A DNA stretch of 14,876 bases. It comes from an uncultured delta proteobacterium. GTDB lineage: Bacteria; Desulfobacterota; Desulfuromonadia; Desulfuromonadales; BM103. How positions within the stretch are numbered: position 1 is the first letter of the stretch; every line of letters begins with the position of its first letter. A model generated the notes under the pieces. The model worked only from the letters and a program-made list of their open reading frames with translations. It was not told the DNA's origin and did not search any database. The stretch spans positions 1 through 14,876 of the forward strand of contig CAVQRZ010000024.1 in NCBI GenBank assembly GCA_963715335.1, given 5' to 3'. Positions 1 to 8,752 of the stretch are shown here, piece after piece. The translations under genes and the position numbers were made by a program.

Positions 1-174
1 TGTCAGTTGCTTGGTGAATAAGACACTTTTAGTCCATTGTCTCGGATGTTATTCCAGCAACAAGTCATAAATTGCCTAAGGACTTCTGAGACACAAAATT
101 TCAATGGAATCTCCCCATTGCTCATCTTCGTCCGTACTGGGAAACCGTGTTGGACTCGAACATCATGCAACCCT

Positions 175-699
175 CTATCCCTCCCCTAAAAGGCACAATT
201 CAATCCGTGGAAATTCCCCGCGATCTTCGTGTAGACATCGCTTCACTGCGTCAACAAGCGACACAACTTTGATGCCGAGATAAATTCCTTCGGCTTCTGA
301 AAGCTTTTCGCAGCCAGCCTTGGTAAGAGAATGCGCACTACGCGTTTCACCAATGAACCGCTTGAGATGGGCACCTGATAACTGGATCAACCCTTGCACG
401 AACCTGCCGCACATCGTCGTTTTCTGCCCGGCAGCCAGCCACACCGTCTCAAAGGCTTCGTGGGCCTCCCACCAGTAACCGTGATTAAACAGGTCGATCC
501 CATACAGATAGGGTTCGCAGTCGCGCCAGTCTTCAGGTGCAAAGTGTGGCAGGTAGTCTTCTGCATCGTTGTAGGAGTGTCCGGCAGGGTCGGTGCGTGG
601 ATGGGGAAGCTGTGCTCCGTTCTGGAAAGGCAGATAGCGATAGGGTGGAAAAGAGCGCCGAGTGTAGCGAGGCAGGTCGGGTTTGAGTTTAGGGGCCAT
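175..699 (-). CDS. DUF309 domain-containing protein with Pro-rich N-terminal extension
   Basis: 174-aa ORF with the DUF309 pattern GIDLFNHGYWWEAHEAFETVW...VQGLIQL; N-terminal PPYRYLP...PHP extension. Confidence 0.85.
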   Translation of the reverse strand: MAPKLKPDLPRYTRRSFPPYRYLPFQNGAQLPHPRTDPAGHSYNDAEDYLPHFAPEDWRDCEPYLYGIDLFNHGYWWEAHEAFETVWLAAGQKTTMCGRFVQGLIQLSGAHLKRFIGETRSAHSLTKAGCEKLSEAEGIYLGIKVVSLVDAVKRCLHEDRGEFPRIELCLLGEG

Positions 700-802
700 G
701 ATGGATGCTCTTCTGAATTGAACTTTCGTTCATAGTTCCATTACTTCTGCATTGCTTGCTTTTCTGCTCGGACGATTCCGGGAGCGGATTGTTTATTTCC
801 AA

Positions 803-842
803 TAAAGTTTAAAGGCCGGCGAGTTGCAACCCGCCAGAGGCC
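803..842 (-). terminator. Probable intrinsic terminator downstream of msrA
   Basis: Minus-strand RNA GGCC(UCU)GGCGGGU-UGCA-ACUCGCC-GGCC followed by UUUAAACUUUA, starting 14 nt after the msrA stop; the G-U pair forms only on the minus strand. Confidence 0.6.
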
Positions 843-856
843 ACCGTACTGATGGC

Positions 857-1447
857 TCAATGAGTCGCTTTATCACCCCAGATATACCTCAAACGCTGGT
901 CACGACCACAGTTCCACCGGTACGCATTGTAGCGAATCGGGTTGTTCTTGTAATAATCCTGATGATAACTTTCGCTGCCCTTGATCGGGTAGAAGGTTGA
1001 GACGTCCAGGATAGGTGTGACCACGGTCTGGTCGGGGAACATCGCGACAACCTGTGCCTTTGTTTCCTCAGCTATTTTCCGTTCTGCGGCATTGGCGACA
1101 AAAATGGCCGCCAGGTAGCTGTGCCCTTTATCACAGAATTGCCCGCGATCATCAAAGGGGTCGATGTTAACCCAGTAATATTCGAGCAACTGTCGGTAGC
1201 TCACCTGGTTCGGATCATAGGTGATTTCGACCGCTTCGTAGTGCCCTTCATGATTGCCGTTGTAGGTCGGGTCTGGCAACGTGCCACCGGTAAATCCGGA
1301 CACCACGTCCGCGACGCCAACCACTTTTTCAAAATCAGACTCCATGCACCAGAAGCATCCCCCCGCCAGGATCGTTTTATCAGCCAAGGCGTTGGCGGCA
1401 AAAATCAGCAGGATGGTGAAGAGGAAAAGAATTCGTTTGGATCTCAT
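857..1447 (-). CDS. msrA: Peptide-methionine (S)-S-oxide reductase MsrA with predicted N-terminal signal peptide
   Basis: Motifs AGGCFWCME, GHYEAVEITYDP, DPFDDRGQFCDKG, ESYHQDYY, CGRD. Start placed at ATG 1447, preceded by GGAGGT (1451-1456), rather than at the ORF-track start 1522. N-terminus MRSKRILFLFTILLIFAANALA is signal-peptide-like. Confidence 0.95.
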   Translation of the reverse strand: MRSKRILFLFTILLIFAANALADKTILAGGCFWCMESDFEKVVGVADVVSGFTGGTLPDPTYNGNHEGHYEAVEITYDPNQVSYRQLLEYYWVNIDPFDDRGQFCDKGHSYLAAIFVANAAERKIAEETKAQVVAMFPDQTVVTPILDVSTFYPIKGSESYHQDYYKNNPIRYNAYRWNCGRDQRLRYIWGDKATH

Positions 1448-1752
1448 AAGACCTCCCGTCGTGCAGAGATAGGTTGGAAAATTTTCAATTTGTTTCGGAT
1501 TAAGTATAGCAGAGCTGTCCAAGGAGTGATTAAAGGATGTGTAAAGATCCGGTAAAGTTTGCAGAACCGGTTTTCCGCACTAAAGTCCTGCGCCAGGTTT
1601 GGCTTTATCGTTGAATTTTCTCAAGCTATCACCTATATATAACTTGTAACGTCATTATTTGCCGTGGGGGTGAAGCGCTGGAGATTGTTTGGGAGGCAGG
1701 GGCTATTCAGGCAAAAATCAATAAACATTAAAGCGTTGGACCTGTCCCGAGC

Positions 1753-1780
1753 TTTCACTCAAGCAATTCTTTGCTAGACT
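1753..1780 (+). promoter_or_regulatory. Candidate sigma70 extended -10 promoter for the CBS gene
   Basis: TGC-TAGACT (TGn plus -10-like hexamer) at 1772-1780, weak -35 (TTTCAC) at 1753; RBS GGGAGGG at 1802-1808. Confidence 0.35.
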
Positions 1781-1811
1781 GTAGACAACCAAGTCCCCGA
1801 CGGGAGGGAAT

Positions 1812-2249
1812 ATGCTCGAGAGCGTGAAACAGATTCTTGATCGGAAAGGGCATGGGGTCTTGTGCATCACGCCGGACGCCAGTATTTATGAAGCTCTGAA
1901 GATGATGGCAGACAGCAATGTCGGAGCCCTTGTTGTTATGCAAGGCGGGAACCCGGTTGGCATGTTCAGCGAACGAGATTATGCTCGCGAGTTGGAGTTT
2001 TGCAGCAATTCCTGCCTGACGATCAAGGTGCGTGATGTCATGTCAAAGGACATTTATTTTGTCAAGCCGGAAACCCTGGTCGACGAAGCCATGGCAATCG
2101 TCACCGAGACCCGTTGCCGTCACCTGCCGGTCATGGATGGCGATGAGATGGTTGGCATGGTGTCGATCGGCGACCTGGTCAAGGCCTCGATTGATAAAAA
2201 GGATTTCGTCATCAGGCAACTGGAAAAATATATCAAGGGTGAACACTGA
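1812..2249 (+). CDS. Stand-alone CBS-pair (Bateman module) protein
   Basis: 145 aa; ITPDASIYEALKMMADSNVGALVV...GMFSERDY and VDEAMAIVTETRCRHLPV...GMVSIGDLVK; strong RBS. Confidence 0.93.
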   Translation: MLESVKQILDRKGHGVLCITPDASIYEALKMMADSNVGALVVMQGGNPVGMFSERDYARELEFCSNSCLTIKVRDVMSKDIYFVKPETLVDEAMAIVTETRCRHLPVMDGDEMVGMVSIGDLVKASIDKKDFVIRQLEKYIKGEH

Positions 2250-2442
2250 CCAGCCAGCAATCAAGGCCGTACATAGAATGTTCCTGGCCCTTCCAGGGTT
2301 CGGGTGTACCATGATGAGACAACCTCAAAAATCAATAACGACAAGGCTGTTGGCGGAAATCCCGACCGATACAGTCCGTTCCTAGCCAAGAGGAAGCTTC
2401 AAGCAATGGGTAGTTCTCTGACAAGCAGACGGTGGTGTGACC

Positions 2443-3780
2443 ATGATCAAGATTAAGAAAGGTCTTGATCTGCCGATTGGCGGCGCACCGGCTATGCACA
2501 TTGAAGACGGCCCGCCGATTTCACTGGTGGCTTTGGTCGGCAGTGACTACCAGGATATGAAGCCGACCCTGCTGGTCGAGGAAGGGGACCGGGTGGCGCT
2601 GGGCCAGCCCGTCTTCAGTGACAAGAAAAATTCCGAGGTCGTCTATTGCGCGCCGGCGGCTGGCGAGGTGGTTGCCATCAACCGTGGCGAGCGGCGGATC
2701 TTCCGGTCCCTGGTGATAGAGGTCTCCGGCGATGACGAAAGAACCTTTCCGGCGGTCTCTGCTGATCAGCTTGAACGACTTGACGACAATGAAGTTGAGC
2801 AGCGGCTGATCACTGCCGGTTTGTGGCCTGCATTCCGGACCCGGCCGTACAGCAAGGTCCCGCTGCCGGGCACACGGCCGACGGCGCTGTTTGTCACCGC
2901 GATCGATACCAACCCGTTGGCCGCGGACCCGCAGGTCGTAATCGCGGCAAAGGCCACTGAATTCGAGGCCGGCCTGAAAATCGTTCGCCACCTGACGACC
3001 GGCAAGACCTATCTGTGCAAAGCACCTAAGGCGCGGATTTCTGCGCCGGAGGAGGTCACCGTCAGTGAATTTGCCGGCTGCCATCCTGCCGGCCTGGTGG
3101 GTACCCACATCCATTTTCTCGAACATGTCAACCAGCAGCGCATGGTCTGGCATATCGGCTACCAGGACGTTCTCGCCATCGGCCACCTTTTCCTGGCCGG
3201 CAGACTCCTCAGTGAAAGGGTCATTTCCCTCGCAGGCCCGGCTGTCGCCCGTCCGAGATTGATTCGCACTCGCCTGGGCGCCTGTCTCTCCGAGCTGGTG
3301 GCCGGGCAACTGCAGTCTGCACAGCCCCGGGTCATTTCCGGATCGGTCCTGACAGGGTATACCGCCAAAGATTCCCGCGATTTCCTCGGCCGCTACCACA
3401 ACCAGGTCTCGGTCCTTGAAGAGGGCGGCCAGCGCGAATTCCTGGGCTGGTGCATGCCGGGTTTTGACAGGTTTTCGGTCAAGAAGCTGTTTGCTTCAGC
3501 GTTGTTGCCGCGGCGCGAACTGCCGATGACGACCAGTACCCACGGCAGCCTGCGGGCCATGGTGCCGACCGGTGCTTTCGAGAAGGTTATGCCTCTCAAT
3601 GTCAAGGCCACCTGGCTGCTTCGTACGCTGCTGACGCTCGACACCGACCTGGCCCAGGAACTCGGCTGCCTGGAGCTCGACGAGGAGGACCTGGCTTTGT
3701 GCAGCTTTGTCTGCTCCGGGAAAATGGACTATGGCTACCATCTCCGGCAGGCTCTGCTGAAGATCGAGAAGGAGGGATAA
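2443..3780 (+). CDS. nqrA: Na+-translocating NADH:quinone oxidoreductase subunit A
   Basis: [12 protein letters not shown] start, [52 protein letters not shown]...IEKEG. ATG at 2443 preferred over GTG at 2437. Confidence 0.97.
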   Translation: MIKIKKGLDLPIGGAPAMHIEDGPPISLVALVGSDYQDMKPTLLVEEGDRVALGQPVFSDKKNSEVVYCAPAAGEVVAINRGERRIFRSLVIEVSGDDERTFPAVSADQLERLDDNEVEQRLITAGLWPAFRTRPYSKVPLPGTRPTALFVTAIDTNPLAADPQVVIAAKATEFEAGLKIVRHLTTGKTYLCKAPKARISAPEEVTVSEFAGCHPAGLVGTHIHFLEHVNQQRMVWHIGYQDVLAIGHLFLAGRLLSERVISLAGPAVARPRLIRTRLGACLSELVAGQLQSAQPRVISGSVLTGYTAKDSRDFLGRYHNQVSVLEEGGQREFLGWCMPGFDRFSVKKLFASALLPRRELPMTTSTHGSLRAMVPTGAFEKVMPLNVKATWLLRTLLTLDTDLAQELGCLELDEEDLALCSFVCSGKMDYGYHLRQALLKIEKEG

Positions 3781-4988
3781 TGAAAGCGCTTCGCAACCTC
3801 CTTGACAAACTGCATCCCCACTTTACCCATGGCGGCAAGTTCGAGAAATTCTACCCGCTCTACGAAGCCATCGACACCTTTACCTACACCCCTGGTGAAG
3901 TGACCGGCGGTGCTCCGCATGTCAGGGATGCGATGGACCTGAAGCGGGTGATGATTACCGTGGTGCTGGCCTTGGTACCATGTTTCTTCATGGCGATGTG
4001 GAACACCGGCTACCAGGCCAACAGCGTCATGCAGTTAAACGGCGGCAGCGTCGAGGGCTGGCGTGGTGTTCTGCTTGGTCTGCTCGGTTACAGCGGCAAC
4101 CCGAACAGCATGGTCGACAACCTGCTGCTTGGCGCAGCCTGGTTCGTACCGATCTATCTGGTCACCAACATCGTTGGCGGACTGTGGGAGGCGCTCTTCT
4201 GCATTATCCGCCGTCACGAGCTCAACGAAGGCTTTCTTGTGACCGGTTCGCTCTTTCCGCTGATCTGCCCGCCGACCTTGCCGCTCTGGCAGGTGGCCTT
4301 GGGGATCAGCTTCGGGGTTGTTATCGGCAAGGAGATCTTCGGCGGGACCGGCAAAAACTTTCTCAACCCGGCGCTCACCGGGCGGGCCTTCCTGTTCTTC
4401 GCCTACCCGGCACAGATTACCGGCGACAAGGTCTGGACCGCCGTGGATGGGATCAGCCGGGCGACGCCGCTCAGTCATGCTGCCGAAGGTGGCATGCAGG
4501 CGGTCATGAGTGTGACCAGCTGGTTCGATGCCTTTTTCGGCCTGATCCCCGGATCGATGGGAGAAACCTCGACTCTGGCCTGCCTGTTCGGTGCTGCAGT
4601 CCTGATTCTTTCAGGTATCGGCTCGTGGCGAATCATGCTGTCCGGGCTTGGTAGCGTGGTGCTCCTCTCCTTGATGTTCAATTTGATCGGCAGCAGTACC
4701 AACCCGATGTTCGGGATTGGCCCGCACTGGCACCTGGTGCTGGGCGGATTGGCCTTTGGCCTGGTTTTCATGGCCACCGACCCGGTGTCCGGAGCCATGA
4801 CCGAGGAAGGTCAATGGGTCTACGGTTTCCTGATCGGTATGATGTGCATCCTGATTCGCGTCGTCAACCCGGCCTTTCCGGAAGGAATGATGCTCGCCAT
4901 CCTGTTCGGCAACGTCTTTGCGCCGTTGATCGATCAGATGGTGCTCAAGGTCCATGTCAAGAGGAGGCTGAGGCATGTCCAGGGATAG
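3780..4988 (+). CDS. nqrB: Na+-NQR subunit B
   Basis: TAATG overlap with nqr[37 protein letters not shown]-site region [34 protein letters not shown]. Confidence 0.97.
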   Translation: MKALRNLLDKLHPHFTHGGKFEKFYPLYEAIDTFTYTPGEVTGGAPHVRDAMDLKRVMITVVLALVPCFFMAMWNTGYQANSVMQLNGGSVEGWRGVLLGLLGYSGNPNSMVDNLLLGAAWFVPIYLVTNIVGGLWEALFCIIRRHELNEGFLVTGSLFPLICPPTLPLWQVALGISFGVVIGKEIFGGTGKNFLNPALTGRAFLFFAYPAQITGDKVWTAVDGISRATPLSHAAEGGMQAVMSVTSWFDAFFGLIPGSMGETSTLACLFGAAVLILSGIGSWRIMLSGLGSVVLLSLMFNLIGSSTNPMFGIGPHWHLVLGGLAFGLVFMATDPVSGAMTEEGQWVYGFLIGMMCILIRVVNPAFPEGMMLAILFGNVFAPLIDQMVLKVHVKRRLRHVQG

Positions 4989-5751
4989 TACCGGAAAAAT
5001 CATGACCGTTGCTTTCCTTCTCTGCGTGGTCTGTTCCATCCTGGTCTCCGCGGCAGCCGTGGGGTTGAGTGAGCGACAGGAACGCAACAAGGCTGAAGAA
5101 AAGAAGAAGAATATCCTGCAGGCGGCAGGGCTCTACGATCCCGGCAGCTCGCTTGATGAGCAGTTCAGCAACATCCAGCCTCGCATCGTTGATCTGCAGA
5201 CGGGTGAATTTACCTCGAAGTTTGATGTCTCAACCTTTGACAGCCGTGCGCTCGCCCGGGAACCTGAAACCCGGTTCCTCATTCCGGAGGGGCAGGACCT
5301 GGCCGGCATCAAGGCACACTCCCGTTACCAGGACATCTACCTGGTTATGGATGGTGACACGATGCTGCAGGTTATCCTGCCGGTTTATGGCAAGGGGCTG
5401 TGGTCGACGATGTACGGCTTTATCTCCCTCGATGCCGACCTGACCACGGTCGTCGGCTTCGCCTTTTACGAACACGGTGAAACTCCCGGCCTTGGTGGAG
5501 AGATCGACAACCCAAATTGGAAGAAGCAGTGGTCAGGCAAGCGCATCTACGACGAAGCCGGCAACACCAGCATCGAAGTCCTGAAAGGCATGGTTGACAG
5601 GGAGTCGGAACAGGCTGTCTACCAGGTCGATGGTCTGTCCGGGGCGACCCTGACCGCCCGAGGCGTTGGCGACCTGCTCAAATACTGGATGGGAAATAAT
5701 GGTTACAGGACGTTTCTTGCCAAACTGGAAGAAGAAGGGGTGAAGCAATGA
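4975..5751 (+). CDS. nqrC: Na+-NQR subunit C
   Basis: Single N-terminal TM helix, [25 protein letters not shown] motif [10 protein letters not shown]; 14-nt overlap with nqrB. Confidence 0.97.
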   Translation: MSRDSTGKIMTVAFLLCVVCSILVSAAAVGLSERQERNKAEEKKKNILQAAGLYDPGSSLDEQFSNIQPRIVDLQTGEFTSKFDVSTFDSRALAREPETRFLIPEGQDLAGIKAHSRYQDIYLVMDGDTMLQVILPVYGKGLWSTMYGFISLDADLTTVVGFAFYEHGETPGLGGEIDNPNWKKQWSGKRIYDEAGNTSIEVLKGMVDRESEQAVYQVDGLSGATLTARGVGDLLKYWMGNNGYRTFLAKLEEEGVKQ

Positions 5752-6371
5752 GCCGTGCCAAAGATGTTTTCCTCGATCCTCTGTTTAACAAAAATCCGAT
5801 CGGGCTGCAAATCCTCGGCATCTGTTCCGCCCTGGCGGTGACCTCCAAGCTGGAGACCGTGATTGTCATGTCGCTTGCGGTCACCTTCGTTATCGCCGGC
5901 TCCAACGTCTCGGTCAGTCTGATCCGCAAGCAGATTCCGAGCAGCATCCGCATCATTGCCCAGATTACGATTATTGCCACCCTGGTCATCATCGTTGACC
6001 AGTTTCTCAAGGCCTACGCGTTCGGTATCAGCAAGCAGCTGTCAGTGTTCGTCGGTCTGATTATCACCAACTGCATCGTCCTTGGTCGTGCTGAGGGCTT
6101 CGCCATGAAGAACCCCCCCGGACTCAGTTTCCTCGACGGGGTCGGCAACGGCCTTGGTTACAGTATCGTGTTGATTGTAGTTGCTTTCTGCCGGGAGCTG
6201 CTCGGTGCCGGTAAGTTGTTGGGTTTCAGCATACTGCCAATTACCAGTGAAGGGGGTTGGTACCTCCCCAACGGCCTGATGCTGCTGCCGCCGAGCGCAT
6301 TTTTCATCATTGGTTTGTTGATCTGGGCACTGCGCACCTGGAAAACCGACCAGGTCGAGGAGGAGAACTAG
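5748..6371 (+). CDS. nqrD: Na+-NQR subunit D
   Basis: [46 protein letters not shown] overlap with nqrC. Confidence 0.97.
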   Translation: MSRAKDVFLDPLFNKNPIGLQILGICSALAVTSKLETVIVMSLAVTFVIAGSNVSVSLIRKQIPSSIRIIAQITIIATLVIIVDQFLKAYAFGISKQLSVFVGLIITNCIVLGRAEGFAMKNPPGLSFLDGVGNGLGYSIVLIVVAFCRELLGAGKLLGFSILPITSEGGWYLPNGLMLLPPSAFFIIGLLIWALRTWKTDQVEEEN

Positions 6372-6983
6372 ATGCTCGAGCACTATCTCAGTCTCCTGAT
6401 CAAGTCGATCTTCATTGAGAACATGGCCCTCGCCTTTTTCCTCGGCATGTGCACCTTCCTGGCCGTATCGAAGAAGGTTGATACCTCTTTCGGTCTTGGT
6501 GTTGCCGTGATCGTGGTCCAGACGATTACAGTCCCGGCCAACAACCTGATCTTTCAGTTTCTCCTCAAGCCCGGAGCGCTCTCCTGGCTCGGTGTCTCCG
6601 ACACCGACCTGACCTTTATCGGCCTGATCTGCTATATCGGCGTGATCGCCGCGATTGTTCAGGTTCTCGAGATGGTGCTCGACCGCTACGTCCCGGCGCT
6701 TTACAATTCCCTCGGCATCTTCCTGCCATTGATCACGGTGAATTGTGCCATTCTGGGCGGTTCGTTATTCATGGTTGAGCGGAACTACAACTTTGCCGAG
6801 AGCGTCGTCTTCGGCTTCGGCAGCGGCGCCGGCTGGGCCCTGGCGATTGTCGCTTTGGCTGGCATCCGTGAAAAATTGAAATATGCCGATGTTCCGGAAG
6901 GCCTGCGTGGCCTGGGCATCACCTTCATGATTACAGGGCTTATGGCCATGGCATTCATGGCGTTTTCCGGTATCCAGCTGTAA
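6372..6983 (+). CDS. nqrE: Na+-NQR subunit E
   Basis: EHYLSL...[43 protein letters not shown]-terminal FSGIQL; abuts the nqrD stop. Confidence 0.97.
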   Translation: MLEHYLSLLIKSIFIENMALAFFLGMCTFLAVSKKVDTSFGLGVAVIVVQTITVPANNLIFQFLLKPGALSWLGVSDTDLTFIGLICYIGVIAAIVQVLEMVLDRYVPALYNSLGIFLPLITVNCAILGGSLFMVERNYNFAESVVFGFGSGAGWALAIVALAGIREKLKYADVPEGLRGLGITFMITGLMAMAFMAFSGIQL

Positions 6984-6991
6984 GGGTAGGG

Positions 6992-8221
6992 ATGATGATC
7001 GAGATTGGCTTGGGCGTACTGATATTTACCTGCATTGTCATGCTCCTGGTGATTTTTATCCTGATCACCAGGTCATGGCTGATCCCTGCCGGAAAGATCC
7101 TGCTCAAGATCAACCGTGACGAGAGCAAGAGCCTGTCCGTAGACCCGGGCGACAAGCTCCTCAACATTCTCGGCAACCACGAAATCTTCATCCCCTCGGC
7201 ATGCGGCGGTGGCGGCACCTGCGCTCAGTGCCGTGTCAAGATCAAATCGGGTGGCGGTGACATCCTGCCGACCGAAACCGCCCATATCACCAAGCGGGAA
7301 GCCAAAGAGGGCTACCGGCTCTCCTGTCAGGTCAATGTCAAGCAGGACATGGACCTGGAGCTGCCGGCCGAAATTTTCTCCATCAGGAAATGGGAGTGCC
7401 GGGTCCGTTCCAACGAGAGCTGCTCGACCTTTATCAAGGAGCTGGTTCTTGAACTGCCGGAAGGAGAAGACCTGGACTTCCGGGCTGGAGGTTATATCCA
7501 GATCGATGCCCCGCCGCATGTTGCCGAGTATAAGACGATGGAGATCGCGTCCGACTACAGGGAGGATTGGGACAAATTCAACCTTTGGCAGTACCGGTCC
7601 GAAGTCAATGAGCCGGTCATGCGGGCTTATTCGATGGCTAACTATCCGGATGAAAAAGGGATCATCATGCTTAATGTACGCGTTTGCCCGCCACCGGCGG
7701 CGGTTCCTGACGCGCCTCCGGGGCAGATGTCATCCTTCATCTTCAATCTGAAGCCGGGCGACACCGTCATGGTTTCCGGCCCCTACGGCGAATTCTATGC
7801 CAAAGAGACCGATGCCGAGATGGTATTCATTGGTGGTGGTGCCGGCATGGCGCCGATGCGCTCACATATCTTTGACCAGCTCAAACGGCTCGGTTCGAAA
7901 CGAAAAGTTTCTTTCTGGTACGGCGCCCGCAGCCTGCGAGAAGCATTCTACGTCGATGAATTTAACGACCTTGCGGAGCAGTTTGACAACTTTACCTGGC
8001 GCCTGGTGCTGTCCGACCCTCTGCCTGAAGACAACTGGACCGGTCCCAAGGGGTTCGTTCACCAGTACCTTTACGACAACTACCTTGCCGCCCATCCGGC
8101 ACCGGAAGACTGTGAGTTTTACATGTGTGGCCCGCCGATGATGAACAAGGCGGCCACTGAGATGCTCTACAACCTGGGCGTTGAATATGAAAACATTTTG
8201 TTCGATGATTTCGGTATCTAA
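6992..8221 (+). CDS. nqrF: Na+-NQR subunit F (NADH-oxidising, [2Fe-2S]/FAD)
   Basis: N-terminal TM helix, [12 protein letters not shown]...[47 protein letters not shown]. Start may be 6992 or 6995. Confidence 0.97.
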   Translation: MMIEIGLGVLIFTCIVMLLVIFILITRSWLIPAGKILLKINRDESKSLSVDPGDKLLNILGNHEIFIPSACGGGGTCAQCRVKIKSGGGDILPTETAHITKREAKEGYRLSCQVNVKQDMDLELPAEIFSIRKWECRVRSNESCSTFIKELVLELPEGEDLDFRAGGYIQIDAPPHVAEYKTMEIASDYREDWDKFNLWQYRSEVNEPVMRAYSMANYPDEKGIIMLNVRVCPPPAAVPDAPPGQMSSFIFNLKPGDTVMVSGPYGEFYAKETDAEMVFIGGGAGMAPMRSHIFDQLKRLGSKRKVSFWYGARSLREAFYVDEFNDLAEQFDNFTWRLVLSDPLPEDNWTGPKGFVHQYLYDNYLAAHPAPEDCEFYMCGPPMMNKAATEMLYNLGVEYENILFDDFGI

Positions 8222-8233
8222 CAGGAGTTGATC

Positions 8234-8692
8234 ATGCGTTTTGAACAGACGAGGACAATCCTGCAGCACCTGGCCCCGGATTATCATCGCAAGGTCAGCG
8301 ACTACTACCAGGAAATGGCAGACGGCGACGTTTCGCCGCGGGTCCGCCTGATGCTCGACTATTTGATCGATCACGAACTGCACAGGGCCCTGGCACTGGG
8401 AGAATTCTGTCAGGATGCCTCGCACCGGGTTCTCGACCACTGGTTCAAGGGGGTGGAGATAACCTTCCCCGTTGCGCGCCAGGACATTCTTGGCGAGGAC
8501 GCCAGGACGGACCTTGATCAGCTGGTCAAGTCAGCGGTCGGCTACAAAAGCAATCTGATCAGCTATTTTGCCCACCTGCTCGAGCATAGTACCGACAGGG
8601 AACTGACTAATCTCATAGCGACATTGAAAAACCAGGAAGAGAAGGCGATGAAGCGAATGATTCGCCACTCACAGGGGCTGGCCGATCTTTAA
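8234..8692 (+). CDS. Hypothetical protein, probable ferritin/rubrerythrin-like four-helix bundle with degenerate metal ligands
   Basis: RBS CAGGAG (8222-8227) then ATG 8234, 12 nt after the nqrF stop. Two-fold helical repeat: HRKVSDYYQEMA...RVRLMLDYLIDHE and YKSNLISYFAHL...RELTNLIATLKNQE. The gene is well supported; the fold is an inference. Confidence 0.7.
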   Translation: MRFEQTRTILQHLAPDYHRKVSDYYQEMADGDVSPRVRLMLDYLIDHELHRALALGEFCQDASHRVLDHWFKGVEITFPVARQDILGEDARTDLDQLVKSAVGYKSNLISYFAHLLEHSTDRELTNLIATLKNQEEKAMKRMIRHSQGLADL

Positions 8693-8752
8693 CAACGAGT
8701 CAGCATAAAAACCCAGATGGTCCGTTTTCGTGGACTACGAAAAGCTGGATTC

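Noticed and set aside
3..166. Two tiny minus-strand ORFs after DUF309 (14 aa, 166-122; 40 aa, 125-3) linked by an ATGA overlap
   Set aside because: No recognisable motif, and lengths are compatible with chance.
1340..1365. Selenocysteine-containing MsrA
   Set aside because: Both active-site codons are TGC; there is no in-frame TGA.
1448..1522. Longer N-terminus of msrA in the ORF track
   Set aside because: A strong RBS precedes ATG 1447 and the signal peptide begins there.
1716..2365. IHF or sigma54 sites as the explanation of the duplicated element
   Set aside because: AATCAA lacks the downstream TTR in both copies, and the GG-N10-GC spacing is not met.
2521..3399. 292-aa antisense ORF, and other long shadow ORFs such as 3980-4654, 7862-8440 and 13178-13753
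   Set aside because: They overlap well-supported genes, lack motifs, and are expected in GC-rich coding DNA.
3699..3779. Upstream extension of nqrB
   Set aside because: It lies inside nqrA; the TAATG coupling and GGAGGG RBS mark 3780 as the start.
2443..8221. Rnf complex rather than Nqr
   Set aside because: NqrF and a non-ferredoxin NqrA are present, there is no RnfB, and the gene order is nqrABCDEF.
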